Shown here: positions 1 through 8,275 of the stretch, piece by piece | Position numbering within the stretch: position 1 is the stretch's first letter | Layout of the letters: every line of letters begins with the position of its first letter | DNA from: Actinomycetota bacterium | Lineage (GTDB): Bacteria > Actinomycetota > Acidimicrobiia > Acidimicrobiales > Ilumatobacteraceae | NCBI GenBank assembly: GCA_041164425.1 | Contig: JBEAPO010000127.1 | Location: 47,586-111,585, forward strand | Length of the DNA stretch: 64,000 bases | Direction of reading: 5' to 3' | Notes under the pieces: model-generated | Told to the model about the DNA's origin: nothing | What the model saw: the letters and a program-made list of their open reading frames with translations, nothing else | Databases searched by the model: none | Program-made: the position numbers and the translations under genes

Positions 1-1132
1 TGCTACCCGCACCCGGCACCGCGGCACTGTCGACGACGTGTGCTCCGAGCCGATCGCAGTGGCCGGTTCCGAGCGTGTGCAGGACCGACTCGGCACGTGC
101 GCGCAAGGTCTCGACCGAGGCGGTTGCCATCGTCCAGAACGGTATGTCGGTGCAGGCGCGCTTGGCAGCGAATGCGATGAGTGTTCGTTGCAGTGCGATG
201 AGTGTCTGGCCGCCGGGGCGCAGCGCGCGCATCAACGGATGTAAGCGGCAGGCCGCGACGAGGTCGGCGCGACCGGCGATGATGCCGCATTGTGGTCCGC
301 CCATCAACTTGTCGCCGCTGAACGTCACAAGCGCGGCACCTTCGGCGAGTACCTGACGAGCGGCAGGCTCACCGTGCAGCCACGTCGGCGGGGGACCATC
401 GATCCATGGGCATCGCGCGTCGAGAAGCCCGGAACCGATGTCGGAGACAACCGGGACACCGAGAGCCGAGAGTTCGGCAAGTGAGGGTTGCTCGGTGAAT
501 CCTTCGATGTGGAAGTTCGACGGATGGACCCGCATGATGAGCGCAACGTCGTTCCCACGCTTCGAAATCACGCGCGCAAAGTCGGATGCCCGGGTTTTGT
601 TGGTGGTACCGACGTCGACGAGACGTGCGCCTGATGTCTCGAGTACCTCGGGGATGCGGAACCCGCCACCAATCTCGACGCTCTCGCCCCTGGACACCGC
701 GACGTCGCGTCCGGCGGCGAGCGCGCCGACCACTAACAAGACCGCCGCTGCGTTGTTGTTGACTACGACGGCGTCTTCCGCACCCGTCAACTCTGCGAGC
801 AGAGTTGCCACTGCGGTGAGGCGAGAACCCCGAGCCCCGGAACCCAGGTCGAATTCGAGGGAAGTTGGGCGTGCCACGTCGACGAAACCGAAAAACGTTG
901 CGTCGAGCGGCGCGCGACCGAGATTCGTGTGGAGAAGCACGCCGGTTGCGTTGACGACGGGCTGCACCAGCGAGAGTTCGATGCCCCGAGCGATCTCGAG
1001 TGCGGTGGACTCGAAGTCGCCGCCACCGGCGATCGCGAGCCTTGCGCAGCGCACCGCGAGTGCGTGGGGCAGTGTCGAGCCGGCCGTGATGACGCGCGCG
1101 AGGGAGTCGACGGAGGGCGGGCGTTCGCTCAC
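1..1132 (-). CDS. selA: L-seryl-tRNA(Sec) selenium transferase SelA (3' end runs off the window)
   Basis: Absent from the ORF track because it is partial. Manual minus-strand translation from GTG at 1132 gives VSERPPSVDSLARV...LVQPVVNATGVLLHTNLGRAPL. Further downstream it gives TFSGDKLMGGPQCGIIAG, the SelA PLP-lysine motif FSGDKLxGGPQ. An alternative TTG start lies 9 nt upstream, with an in-frame TAG just beyond it. Confidence 0.8.
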   Translation of the reverse strand, partial: MSERPPSVDSLARVITAGSTLPHALAVRCARLAIAGGGDFESTALEIARGIELSLVQPVVNATGVLLHTNLGRAPLDATFFGFVDVARPTSLEFDLGSGARGSRLTAVATLLAELTGAEDAVVVNNNAAAVLLVVGALAAGRDVAVSRGESVEIGGGFRIPEVLETSGARLVDVGTTNKTRASDFARVISKRGNDVALIMRVHPSNFHIEGFTEQPSLAELSALGVPVVSDIGSGLLDARCPWIDGPPPTWLHGEPAARQVLAEGAALVTFSGDKLMGGPQCGIIAGRADLVAACRLHPLMRALRPGGQTLIALQRTLIAFAAKRACTDIPFWTMATASVETLRARAESVLHTLGTGHCDRLGAHVVDSAAVPGAGS

Positions 1133-1174
1133 GTTTGCCAACCTAATGTGCGTCCCGAACGGTCGCTAGCCTGC

Positions 1175-1651
1175 GTGTCAGTGGTCGTCTTCTTTCTCAT
1201 CTTCGTTGCGCTTCCCCTCGCCGAGATCTATGCGCTCATCAAGGTGGGGTCGTGGCTCGGCGTTTTTCCGACGATCGCCCTGCTACTGCTCGTCTCGGTA
1301 GTCGGGGCCGTGCTGGTGAAGCGCGAAGGTTTGCGCGTACTGCGTCGCATGCAAGAACAGGTTGTTGCCGGCAACATGCCTTCGAACGAGATTCTCGACG
1401 GCGTGTGCCTGCTGCTAGCGGGGCTTCTCCTCGTCGTGCCCGGGTTCGTCACCGATGTCGTGGGCCTCTTGCTGTTGTTGCCTCCCTTCAGACTGTTGCT
1501 TCGGTCGGTCCTGCGACGACGCAACGGCAAGAAGATTCAGGTCATCGCGACCTACAGCGGCCGCATCGTCGACAACGGCACGGTCCATGACGTGCACGGC
1601 ACTTTCGACAACCGCGGTCCTGTACCCGCACCAAAGGAGATCGAGCCGTGA
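1175..1651 (+). CDS. fxsA: FxsA family cytoplasmic membrane protein
   Basis: C-terminal part of track ORF 929..1651. The sequence VSVVVFFLIFVALPLAEIYALIKVG...LLLVVPGFVTDVVGLLLLLPPFR matches the FxsA pattern. GTG at 1175 was chosen as start; GTG at 1148 or 1181 are also possible. Confidence 0.75.
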   Translation: MSVVVFFLIFVALPLAEIYALIKVGSWLGVFPTIALLLLVSVVGAVLVKREGLRVLRRMQEQVVAGNMPSNEILDGVCLLLAGLLLVVPGFVTDVVGLLLLLPPFRLLLRSVLRRRNGKKIQVIATYSGRIVDNGTVHDVHGTFDNRGPVPAPKEIEP

Positions 1652-2496
1652 AGCACCGCGCATCGAGCGACCGTGAGATTCATGACGACGTTCCGGTGAA
1701 ACCCGCTGCCACCGTGATGCTGGTGCGCGACGATGACGCGACCCACGACATCGAGGTCTTCATGCTGCGTCGAACGCTGAACGCGGTGTTCGCGGGTGGT
1801 ATGTACGTGTTTCCCGGCGGCAAGGTCGACGATGTCGACGGTGGTGATCACATCGAACACCTCTGTGACGGCCTCACCGACGCCGAGGCGAGTCATCTGC
1901 TGCAGCTGCCATCAGGTGGACTCGCGTATTGGGTTGCGGCGATCCGCGAATGTTTCGAAGAAGCGGGAGTACTTCTCGCGCGGCACGCGTCGACGGGGGA
2001 ACCCGTGCGTTTCGACGACCCCACGGTCGCCGCGCGGTTCGCCGACTATCGCCACCATGTCCACGATGGCTCTCTCGGGTTGCACGAACTGTGCGACCGA
2101 GAATCGTTGCGTCTTGCCGCCGACTCCATTCGGTACGTCAGCCACTGGATCACCCCGAAAGGCGAAGTCCGCCGGTTCGATACCCGGTTCTTCCTCGCCC
2201 GTGCCCCGCAGGCCCAGGATCCTTTGCACGACGATGGCGAGACGATCGAGAGTCTGTGGGTGTCGCCGACCGAAGCACTCGAACGTTTCAAGCGCGGGGA
2301 ACTGGCGATGATCCCGCCGACCATCCGCAACCTCGAGTTCCTCGTTCCGCACGACACGGCGGACGAGGCTCTTGCCGCAGCAATGAAGGTGGGTATCCCA
2401 CCGGCAATCATCCCGCGCCTGCGGGTCAACGACGAAGGCAAGGTCACCGCTGTCGTGATGCCCGACGAACCGGGCTACGACGATTTGCCCGACTAA
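1648..2496 (+). CDS. NUDIX hydrolase
   Basis: 282-aa ORF with a Nudix box, GGKVDDVD...AAIRECFEEAGVLLA. Its GTGA start overlaps the fxsA stop. Confidence 0.85.
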   Translation: MKHRASSDREIHDDVPVKPAATVMLVRDDDATHDIEVFMLRRTLNAVFAGGMYVFPGGKVDDVDGGDHIEHLCDGLTDAEASHLLQLPSGGLAYWVAAIRECFEEAGVLLARHASTGEPVRFDDPTVAARFADYRHHVHDGSLGLHELCDRESLRLAADSIRYVSHWITPKGEVRRFDTRFFLARAPQAQDPLHDDGETIESLWVSPTEALERFKRGELAMIPPTIRNLEFLVPHDTADEALAAAMKVGIPPAIIPRLRVNDEGKVTAVVMPDEPGYDDLPD

Positions 2497-3711
2497 TCAG
2501 TTACGCGGCCGGATTGCAACGGCGACGCCGTCACTTTCGTCGCGTGCACTACAACCCGACATCGCTTCGAACGGAACCGTCTGCGCCGCGAGCACTGCAG
2601 CAATTTCGTTGAAGATCCGTGCGGCCTCACCCGTGCCGTGCAGCGCGACCGGCTCGCCGGCATCGCCGCCCGCGGCGACCGTGGGTTCGATCGGAACCTG
2701 ACCGAGAAGTTCGACGCCGATCTCTTCGGCCAGCGCGCGTCCACCACCGACACCGAAGAGCGCATACGACTCGCCGTGGTCGCAACGGAAGTGGCTCATG
2801 TTCTCGATGACCCCTGCCACGCGCAGAAAACTGCGGCGCGCCATGTCGGCTGCGCGGATCGCGACCTTCTGTGCGGAGATGGCGGGGGTGGTGACGATCA
2901 AGAGATCGGTGCGCGGCAACATACGCGCGAGACCCATCTGGACGTCGCCCGTACCGGGTGGCATGTCGATGAGCAGGTAGTCGAGGTGTCCCCAGTTGAC
3001 GTCGTTCAGGAACTGCTCGACGGCCTTCGTCAACATGAGTCCGCGCCACATCAGCGCCGTGCCCTCGTCGTCGACGAGCATTCCCGTCGACACGACCTTC
3101 AGGAGACCGTTACCGACGCGGCGTTCGTTCGGCAGGATCATCGGCTTGTCCCGACCCTCGACACGTTCGGCCTGCAGGCGGTCGGGCATGCCGAGCATTC
3201 GGGGAATCGAGAAGCCCCAGATGTCGGCGTCGAGTACACCGACGGTGGCACCGCTTGCTGCGAGCGCCGCTGCGAGGTTGACGGTGACGGAACTCTTACC
3301 AACTCCGCCTTTGCCGCTCGCGACCGCCAACACCCGTGCGTTCACCGGAACCGCGGTGTCGGCTGCATTCTCTCGTGCGTTCCAACGCGCCCGTGTCATC
3401 ACGGCCGTGCGTTCGTCGACCGTCATCTCGCCCCAATCGATGACGACCTTGGTGACCGAAGGGTGCACCTCGAGGCGTGACTCGATGTCCTTTTTCAACT
3501 GCGCACGCAAGGGACAGCCCTTGATGGTGAGCTTGAACCCGACGTGCACGACTCCGTCGCCGGCGACCGTGATCTCGCCCACCATGCCCAGGTCGACCAC
3601 GTTGTCTCCGAGTTCCGGGTCGATCACGGCCCGCAAAAGGTTGCGCACCGCATCGGGGGAGGGCAAAGACCCTGCCGACGAGCCCGGATTTCTGTCGGGT
3701 GCGCTTTCCAT
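2497..3711 (-). CDS. Mrp/ApbC/NBP35-family Fe-S cluster carrier ATPase with N-terminal DUF59 domain
   Basis: 404 aa. The N-terminus reads RAVIDPELGDNVVDLGMV (DUF59/MIP18-like). The deviant Walker A is VLAVASGKGGVGKSSVTVNLAAALA. Confidence 0.9.
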   Translation of the reverse strand: MESAPDRNPGSSAGSLPSPDAVRNLLRAVIDPELGDNVVDLGMVGEITVAGDGVVHVGFKLTIKGCPLRAQLKKDIESRLEVHPSVTKVVIDWGEMTVDERTAVMTRARWNARENAADTAVPVNARVLAVASGKGGVGKSSVTVNLAAALAASGATVGVLDADIWGFSIPRMLGMPDRLQAERVEGRDKPMILPNERRVGNGLLKVVSTGMLVDDEGTALMWRGLMLTKAVEQFLNDVNWGHLDYLLIDMPPGTGDVQMGLARMLPRTDLLIVTTPAISAQKVAIRAADMARRSFLRVAGVIENMSHFRCDHGESYALFGVGGGRALAEEIGVELLGQVPIEPTVAAGGDAGEPVALHGTGEAARIFNEIAAVLAAQTVPFEAMSGCSARDESDGVAVAIRPRN

Positions 3712-3740
3712 GCTCCAAATGTATCGGTATCATTTTTTGC

Positions 3741-4061
3741 ATGATCACTCTCACCGATGCAGCAGCAACGAAGGTCAAGCAACTGCTCGAGGCCGAGGGC
3801 GCAAACGACCTCGCGCTCCGCGTCGCGGTGCGTCCGGGCGGCTGCTCCGGCTTCTCCTACGAGATGTACTTCGACGGCGATGTCGCCACCGACGACACGC
3901 TCGCCACGTTCGGTGACGTGAAGGTGATCGTCGACCCCGCTTCTGCGCAGCTCCTCGAGGGTGCGAGCCTCGACTACAAGGACGGCCTGCAGGAAGCCGG
4001 TTTTGCGATCAACAACCCGAACGCAACGCGCACCTGCGGCTGCGGCAACAGCTTCAGCTGA
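3741..4061 (+). CDS. HesB/IscA/ErpA-family iron-sulfur cluster insertion protein
   Basis: MITLTDAAATKVKQLLEAEG...RPGGCSGFSYEM...ATRTCGCGNSFS, the classic C-x(n)-C-G-C signature. The ATG at 3741 lies inside track ORF 3699..4061. The gene is divergent from the Mrp gene. Confidence 0.9.
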   Translation: MITLTDAAATKVKQLLEAEGANDLALRVAVRPGGCSGFSYEMYFDGDVATDDTLATFGDVKVIVDPASAQLLEGASLDYKDGLQEAGFAINNPNATRTCGCGNSFS

Positions 4062-4968
4062 TTCCGTTGCGGGCGAATACCGCCCTCACCTCGTCCGCAT
4101 CGAAGATCGCATCGAGGCGATCGGTCAACACACCGTTTGCATCGGTGATGAAAAGCGCGGGCTCGTATTTCATCGCATAGTCCGTCACTGCCTTTGCCGG
4201 TGTGGTTGCGGTTCGGTCGGTGTAGATCTCGGCATGGATGAACGTCACCGCGTCGCCGACCTTGTCGCGCACCTCGAGAATCGCGTCGAGCGCGGGTGAA
4301 CACGTTCCCGTCTGGCAGTAGGCGGGTGTGCCGAGCAGGTATGCCACCGGCTTGTCGAGTGTCAACGCCTCGCGCAGTGTCACGTCGTGCAGCGGACACG
4401 CTGGCTCGCGCGTGCAAATGGGATCGACATCGCGCGCGTCAGACACCGTCGGTGTGTCGACTGGTGGCAGTGGATCACCGACGAGGGGAACGGCTACCTC
4501 CGACCGGTCGAGAATCTGAATCGATGAACCGGGTTTGTCGCTGCCGACGAGGTTGACGACGTAGATCCCGGGTTTGTCGATCGTCACTTCGAGTGGCCAG
4601 TACGGCTGGGGCACATCGGTGACGTGCGACGTCACGACGAGCGGGTCGTCGAGACCGATGCCTTTGCCGTCGATGTCGGTGATGGCGAAACTCAGCGCCG
4701 TGGGGATGTCGACATCCGCGCTGGCCGTCAATACGCCTTCGCTACCTGCCAGAGAGAACGGCAGGCGCAGACGTCCCGGAACCAGAACGTCGCCGGGGAA
4801 GCGCTTCACGAGGTCGAACCCGGCGAGGTCGAAACCTTTACCCGCACCCCCACTACCGCCGCACGCTGCGAGGAACGATGGTGCAACCACCGTCGCAGCG
4901 CCGATGCCGACACCGCGTTGAATGAACGCACGCCGTGAAAGACCGACCGCGCGAGAGACAGACGCCAT
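4054..4968 (-). CDS. Tat-signal lipoprotein, function unknown (possible thioredoxin-like C-terminal fold)
   Basis: Real start is the ATG at 4968 inside the artefactual 538-aa ORF 4054..5670. The N-terminus MASVSRAVGLSRRAFIQRGVGIGAATVVAPSFLAACGG has a twin-arginine motif plus a lipobox (LAAC). Confidence 0.7.
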   Translation of the reverse strand: MASVSRAVGLSRRAFIQRGVGIGAATVVAPSFLAACGGSGGAGKGFDLAGFDLVKRFPGDVLVPGRLRLPFSLAGSEGVLTASADVDIPTALSFAITDIDGKGIGLDDPLVVTSHVTDVPQPYWPLEVTIDKPGIYVVNLVGSDKPGSSIQILDRSEVAVPLVGDPLPPVDTPTVSDARDVDPICTREPACPLHDVTLREALTLDKPVAYLLGTPAYCQTGTCSPALDAILEVRDKVGDAVTFIHAEIYTDRTATTPAKAVTDYAMKYEPALFITDANGVLTDRLDAIFDADEVRAVFARNGIS

Positions 4969-4990
4969 GTCCGAACTATAAGGTTGCGGC

Positions 4991-5473
4991 ATGGCAGCCA
5001 AGAAGAAGACCGTCAAGAAATCGGCAACAAAAAAAGCCGTGTCGAAGAAGAGCACGGCAAAAAAAGGCACGGCAAAAAAAGGCACGGCAAAAAAAGGCAC
5101 GGCAAAGAAAGCCGCGAGCAAAGCTGCAGCGCCGGTGGGTCCGTACACGCCTGTCGTGCGTGCCGGCGATTGGGTGATCGTCTCGGGCCAGTTGGGTCTG
5201 AAGGACGGCGTCATGGCCAAGGGTGTCGCGGCGCAAACCGGACAGGCTGTTGTGAACCTGAAGGCACGTCTCGCCGAGGCGGGCGTCACCATCAATGACG
5301 TGAAGAAGACCCTGTGCTTCCTCACCGACATGGACACCTTCGCCACCTTCAATGAGGCGTACGTCGCCGGTTTCGGCAAGAGCCGTCCGGCGCGCAGCAC
5401 CATCGGTGTCGCGTCGCTGCCGGCGGGTGGCCAGGTGGAAATCGAAGCCTGGGCGTACAAGCCGCTACGGTGA
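4991..5473 (+). CDS. RidA/YjgF/TdcF-family protein with a ~45-aa Lys/Ala-rich N-terminal tail
   Basis: The core PVGPYTPVVRAGDWVIVSGQLG...TLCFLTDMDTFATFNEAY...PARSTIGVASLPAGGQVEIEAWA is RidA-like. The N-terminus reads MAAKKKTVKKSATKKAVSKKSTAKKGTAKKGTAKKGTAKKAASKAAA. Confidence 0.85.
   Translation: MAAKKKTVKKSATKKAVSKKSTAKKGTAKKGTAKKGTAKKAASKAAAPVGPYTPVVRAGDWVIVSGQLGLKDGVMAKGVAAQTGQAVVNLKARLAEAGVTINDVKKTLCFLTDMDTFATFNEAYVAGFGKSRPARSTIGVASLPAGGQVEIEAWAYKPLR
5051..5110 (+). repeat. Four tandem 15-bp in-frame repeats (ggcacggcaaaaaaa) encoding (S/G)TAKK x4
   Basis: Units lie at 5051-5065, 5066-5080, 5081-5095 and 5096-5110. They are near-identical and each contains an A5-A7 run, in an otherwise GC-rich genome. 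Confidence 0.95.
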
Positions 5474-5478
5474 CATCC

Positions 5479-5634
5479 ATGCCGGGCGCAATCGTCATCG
5501 TTCTCGCACTCCTCGCGTTCCCGATCATCGTCGGTCTGTCGACAGCAGCGATCGCTGCCGTGCTCGGTCACCTTCTGTGGAAGGACGGCGAGGCTCGCCA
5601 CGCCGACAGCGAACTTCTCGACACCAACGTCTGA
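5479..5634 (+). CDS. Possible 51-aa single-pass membrane peptide
   Basis: Below the track size cutoff. The product is MPGAIVIVLALLAFPIIVGLSTAAIAAVLGHLLWKDGEARHADSELLDTNV. GC3 is high, and the ORF exactly fills the gap between the RidA stop (5473) and the amidohydrolase start (5637). Confidence 0.35.
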   Translation: MPGAIVIVLALLAFPIIVGLSTAAIAAVLGHLLWKDGEARHADSELLDTNV

Positions 5635-5636
5635 TC

Positions 5637-7010
5637 GTGTCGCGCGCCGATCTCCTGGTGCGCAACGCACGCCTGGTTGCGACGGTCGACGCTCAGCGAC
5701 GTGAGATTCTCGGTGGCTGGGTCGCGGTCACCAGCGGCTTCGTGTCGGGAATCGGGTCGTCCATCGATCCTGCGCCATCCGCCGACACCGTCATCGATGC
5801 AACCGATTGTCTGGTGACGCCGGGTCTCATCAACACCCATCACCACCTGTACCAAAACCTCACGCGCGCTTATCCACCGATGACGAACGCCGCATTGTTC
5901 GGTTGGTTGAAGACTCTTTATCCGCTCTGGGCGGCGATCGACGAAGAAGCCGTGCACGTCAGTGCGTGGGTGGGCCTGGCGGAGCTTGCACTGTCCGGTT
6001 GCACCACCTCGACCGATCACCTCTATCTCTATCCGCGCGGCGCGGGTGACTTGCTCGGTGCGGAAATCGCCGCCGCCCGGGATCTGGGTGTGCGCTTCCA
6101 CCCGACGCGCGGGTCGATGTCGCTGTCGGAAAAAGACGGTGGTCTGCCCCCCGACCACGTGGTGCAGGACGATGACACGATCCTTGCCCAGTCAGCCGAG
6201 GCCGTGGCGAAGTATCACGACAGGTCACACGGCGCGATGGTGCGGGTGGCACTCGCACCGTGCTCACCCTTCAGCGTGACCGAAGATCTGATGCGTCGCT
6301 CTGCCGAACTCGCCGAATCGCTCGACGTGCGACTGCACACCCACTTCGCGGAGAACAGCGAGGACGACGATTTCTCCGTGGCGACTTTCGGTTGCCGGCC
6401 GACCGAGTATCTCGAGCGCACGGGTTGGTGCACCGATCGCACGTGGGTCGCGCACTGCGTGATGCCGAACCACGATGAGGTTCAGCGTCTCGGGCGCGCA
6501 GGAATCGGCGCGGCGCACTGCCCGAGCAGCAACCTCATCCTCGCTTCGGGCATCTCGCCCGTTGTTGATCTGCGCGCAGCGGGCGTGCACGTTGGTCTGG
6601 GTGTCGACGGTTCGGCCTCGGCCGACAGTGCGTCGTTGTGGCTCGAGGCACGTCAGGCGATGCTTCTCGCAAAGTTGCGCAGTGGTGCGGATGCTGGCAC
6701 CGCTCGGATGGCCCTCGAGTGCGCCACCATCGGTGGCGCGGGCTGCCTCGGGCGACTCGGCGAAATCGGTGAGCTCAGCATCGGTGCCGTCGGTGACATC
6801 GCGGTGTGGTCGCTCACCGGTCCCGCGTTCGCGGGTGCTGTGGCCGACCCCGTCGAGGCATGGCTGCGTTGCGGGCCGATCGCCGCGCGCGACACCATCG
6901 TTCAGGGCCGACCGGTCGTACGCGGCGGTCAACTGGTGAACAATCGCGTCGACGAGATGTTGCGCTTGCACGACACCATCTCGCGGCGTATCCAACGAGT
7001 CGCGGGTTGA
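5637..7010 (+). CDS. Amidohydrolase-superfamily deaminase (8-oxoguanine deaminase / AtzB-like)
   Basis: GTG at 5637 inside track ORF 5352..7010. Sequence VSRADLLVRNARLVATVD...VTPGLINTHHHLYQNLTRAY...HTHFAEN...GLGVDGSASAD shows the metal-binding HxH and downstream His/Asp pattern of the family. Confidence 0.8.
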   Translation: MSRADLLVRNARLVATVDAQRREILGGWVAVTSGFVSGIGSSIDPAPSADTVIDATDCLVTPGLINTHHHLYQNLTRAYPPMTNAALFGWLKTLYPLWAAIDEEAVHVSAWVGLAELALSGCTTSTDHLYLYPRGAGDLLGAEIAAARDLGVRFHPTRGSMSLSEKDGGLPPDHVVQDDDTILAQSAEAVAKYHDRSHGAMVRVALAPCSPFSVTEDLMRRSAELAESLDVRLHTHFAENSEDDDFSVATFGCRPTEYLERTGWCTDRTWVAHCVMPNHDEVQRLGRAGIGAAHCPSSNLILASGISPVVDLRAAGVHVGLGVDGSASADSASLWLEARQAMLLAKLRSGADAGTARMALECATIGGAGCLGRLGEIGELSIGAVGDIAVWSLTGPAFAGAVADPVEAWLRCGPIAARDTIVQGRPVVRGGQLVNNRVDEMLRLHDTISRRIQRVAG

Positions 7011-7576
7011 ACGCCTTCCTCGTCAGTTTCGGGGTCATCTTCGTTGCCGAACTCGGCGACAAGAGCCAGTTGATGGCACTGGCCTTCGCGACCCGGTACA
7101 AGCCGCTTCCCGTTCTCGTTGCGATCACGATTGCAACCGCCATCGTGCACCTCGCGTCGGTGGCGATCGGCGCCGTGGTTGGCGCGGCACTGCCGACGCG
7201 CCCGATCAATGCGATCGCCGCCGCGGCATTCGTGGTGTTCGGACTGTGGACACTGCGAGGTGACGAGTTGACGAGCGAGGACGAGGAGCGCGCCAAGCGC
7301 ACCGCGCGTCACGTCATCGTCTCGGTCGGCACGGTGTTCTTTCTCGCCGAATTGGGCGACAAGACGATGCTCGCCACCGTCACGCTCGCGACGCGTGAGG
7401 GAGTGGTGGGTACGTGGCTCGGGTCGACGCTCGGCATGGTCGCGGCCGATGCATTGGCGATCGTCGTGGGGCGAGCTCTCGGCTCGCGCCTTCCCGAGCG
7501 CGCGATCAGGGCCGGTGCGGCGGTTGCGTTCTTCGTCTTCGCAGTCGTGCTGGGCGTCGAAGCGTTTCGCGGCTGA
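7007..7576 (+). CDS. GDT1/TMEM165 (UPF0016) family cation transporter
   Basis: Two E-x-G-D-K-[ST] motifs: FVAELGDKSQLMA and FLAELGDKTMLAT. The TTG start at 7007 overlaps the upstream stop. The product LNAFLVSFGVIF resembles family N-termini. Confidence 0.8.
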   Translation: MNAFLVSFGVIFVAELGDKSQLMALAFATRYKPLPVLVAITIATAIVHLASVAIGAVVGAALPTRPINAIAAAAFVVFGLWTLRGDELTSEDEERAKRTARHVIVSVGTVFFLAELGDKTMLATVTLATREGVVGTWLGSTLGMVAADALAIVVGRALGSRLPERAIRAGAAVAFFVFAVVLGVEAFRG

Positions 7577-8272
7577 TCAGCCGTTCCAGCGCGACTGGCC
7601 GAAGCGGTAGCCGACGCTGCGCACCGTCTGGATCAGGTTGGCGTGTTCTTCGCCCAACTTCGCACGCAGACGACGGATGTGAACGTCGACGGTGCGTGCG
7701 CCGCCGTAGTACTCGTAACCCCAGACGCGCGAGAGCAACATCTCGCGCGTGAACACCTTGCCTGGGTTCTGAGCGAGGAACTTCAAGAGTTCGTACTCCA
7801 TGAACGTGAGATCGAGTGAGTGACCTTCGAAGGTGGCCTGATAGGTCTCGAGGTTGAGCACGAGACCTCCGTACTCGATGAGTTCGGCGCGTGTGACCGC
7901 ACCCTCTGAGAACGTGAGGTGCCGCAGGCGCGCTTCGAGTTCGCGCGGGTGGAACGGCGTCAGACAGAAGTCGTCGAAAGCGTCGTCGCGCATTTCCAAC
8001 TGCCCGAGTTCGGCTCCGGAAATGAGAAGGAGAATCGGACACGGTAACGCGTCGCGACGTCGCAGTGCGCGACAGAAAGCCCACGCCCCTTCGGGGTTCT
8101 GGTCGCAGGTGACGACCGCACCCGCCCACCCGCCCGCAGGTTCGTGTTCCAGCGCCTCGTCGGGCGATGCGACGGCCTTCCACCTGTAACCGGCGAGGTC
8201 GAGGGTCCGCGCGAGGTCGGCGGCCGGCGGGTCGGGCCAGACGACGAGGAAGTCAGGCGACGCGGACGACAT
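7577..8272 (-). CDS. glnR: GlnR-type orphan OmpR-family response regulator (nitrogen regulator)
   Basis: The winged-helix C-terminus DLTFMEYELLKFLAQNPGKVFTREMLLSRVWGYEYYGGARTVDVHIRRLRAKLG...VRSVGYRF closely matches actinobacterial GlnR. The receiver domain is atypical. The gene sits next to two glutamine synthetase genes. Confidence 0.75.
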   Translation of the reverse strand: MSSASPDFLVVWPDPPAADLARTLDLAGYRWKAVASPDEALEHEPAGGWAGAVVTCDQNPEGAWAFCRALRRRDALPCPILLLISGAELGQLEMRDDAFDDFCLTPFHPRELEARLRHLTFSEGAVTRAELIEYGGLVLNLETYQATFEGHSLDLTFMEYELLKFLAQNPGKVFTREMLLSRVWGYEYYGGARTVDVHIRRLRAKLGEEHANLIQTVRSVGYRFGQSRWNG

Positions 8273-8275
8273 CTG

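Noticed and set aside
5051-5110. Short tandem repeats considered as a possible CRISPR or minisatellite. The same question was asked of 59499-59561.
   Set aside because: The units are 15 and 33 bp, directly abutting with no spacers. They are in frame inside coding sequence, so they are coding tandem repeats and not CRISPR arrays.
4969-5670. N-terminal 234 codons of the 538-aa ORF 4054..5670.
   Set aside because: This part is antisense to the RidA gene. It contains FFAVPFFAVPFF, which is the mirror image of the AKKGT repeat. The Tat signal peptide begins at the internal ATG at 4968.
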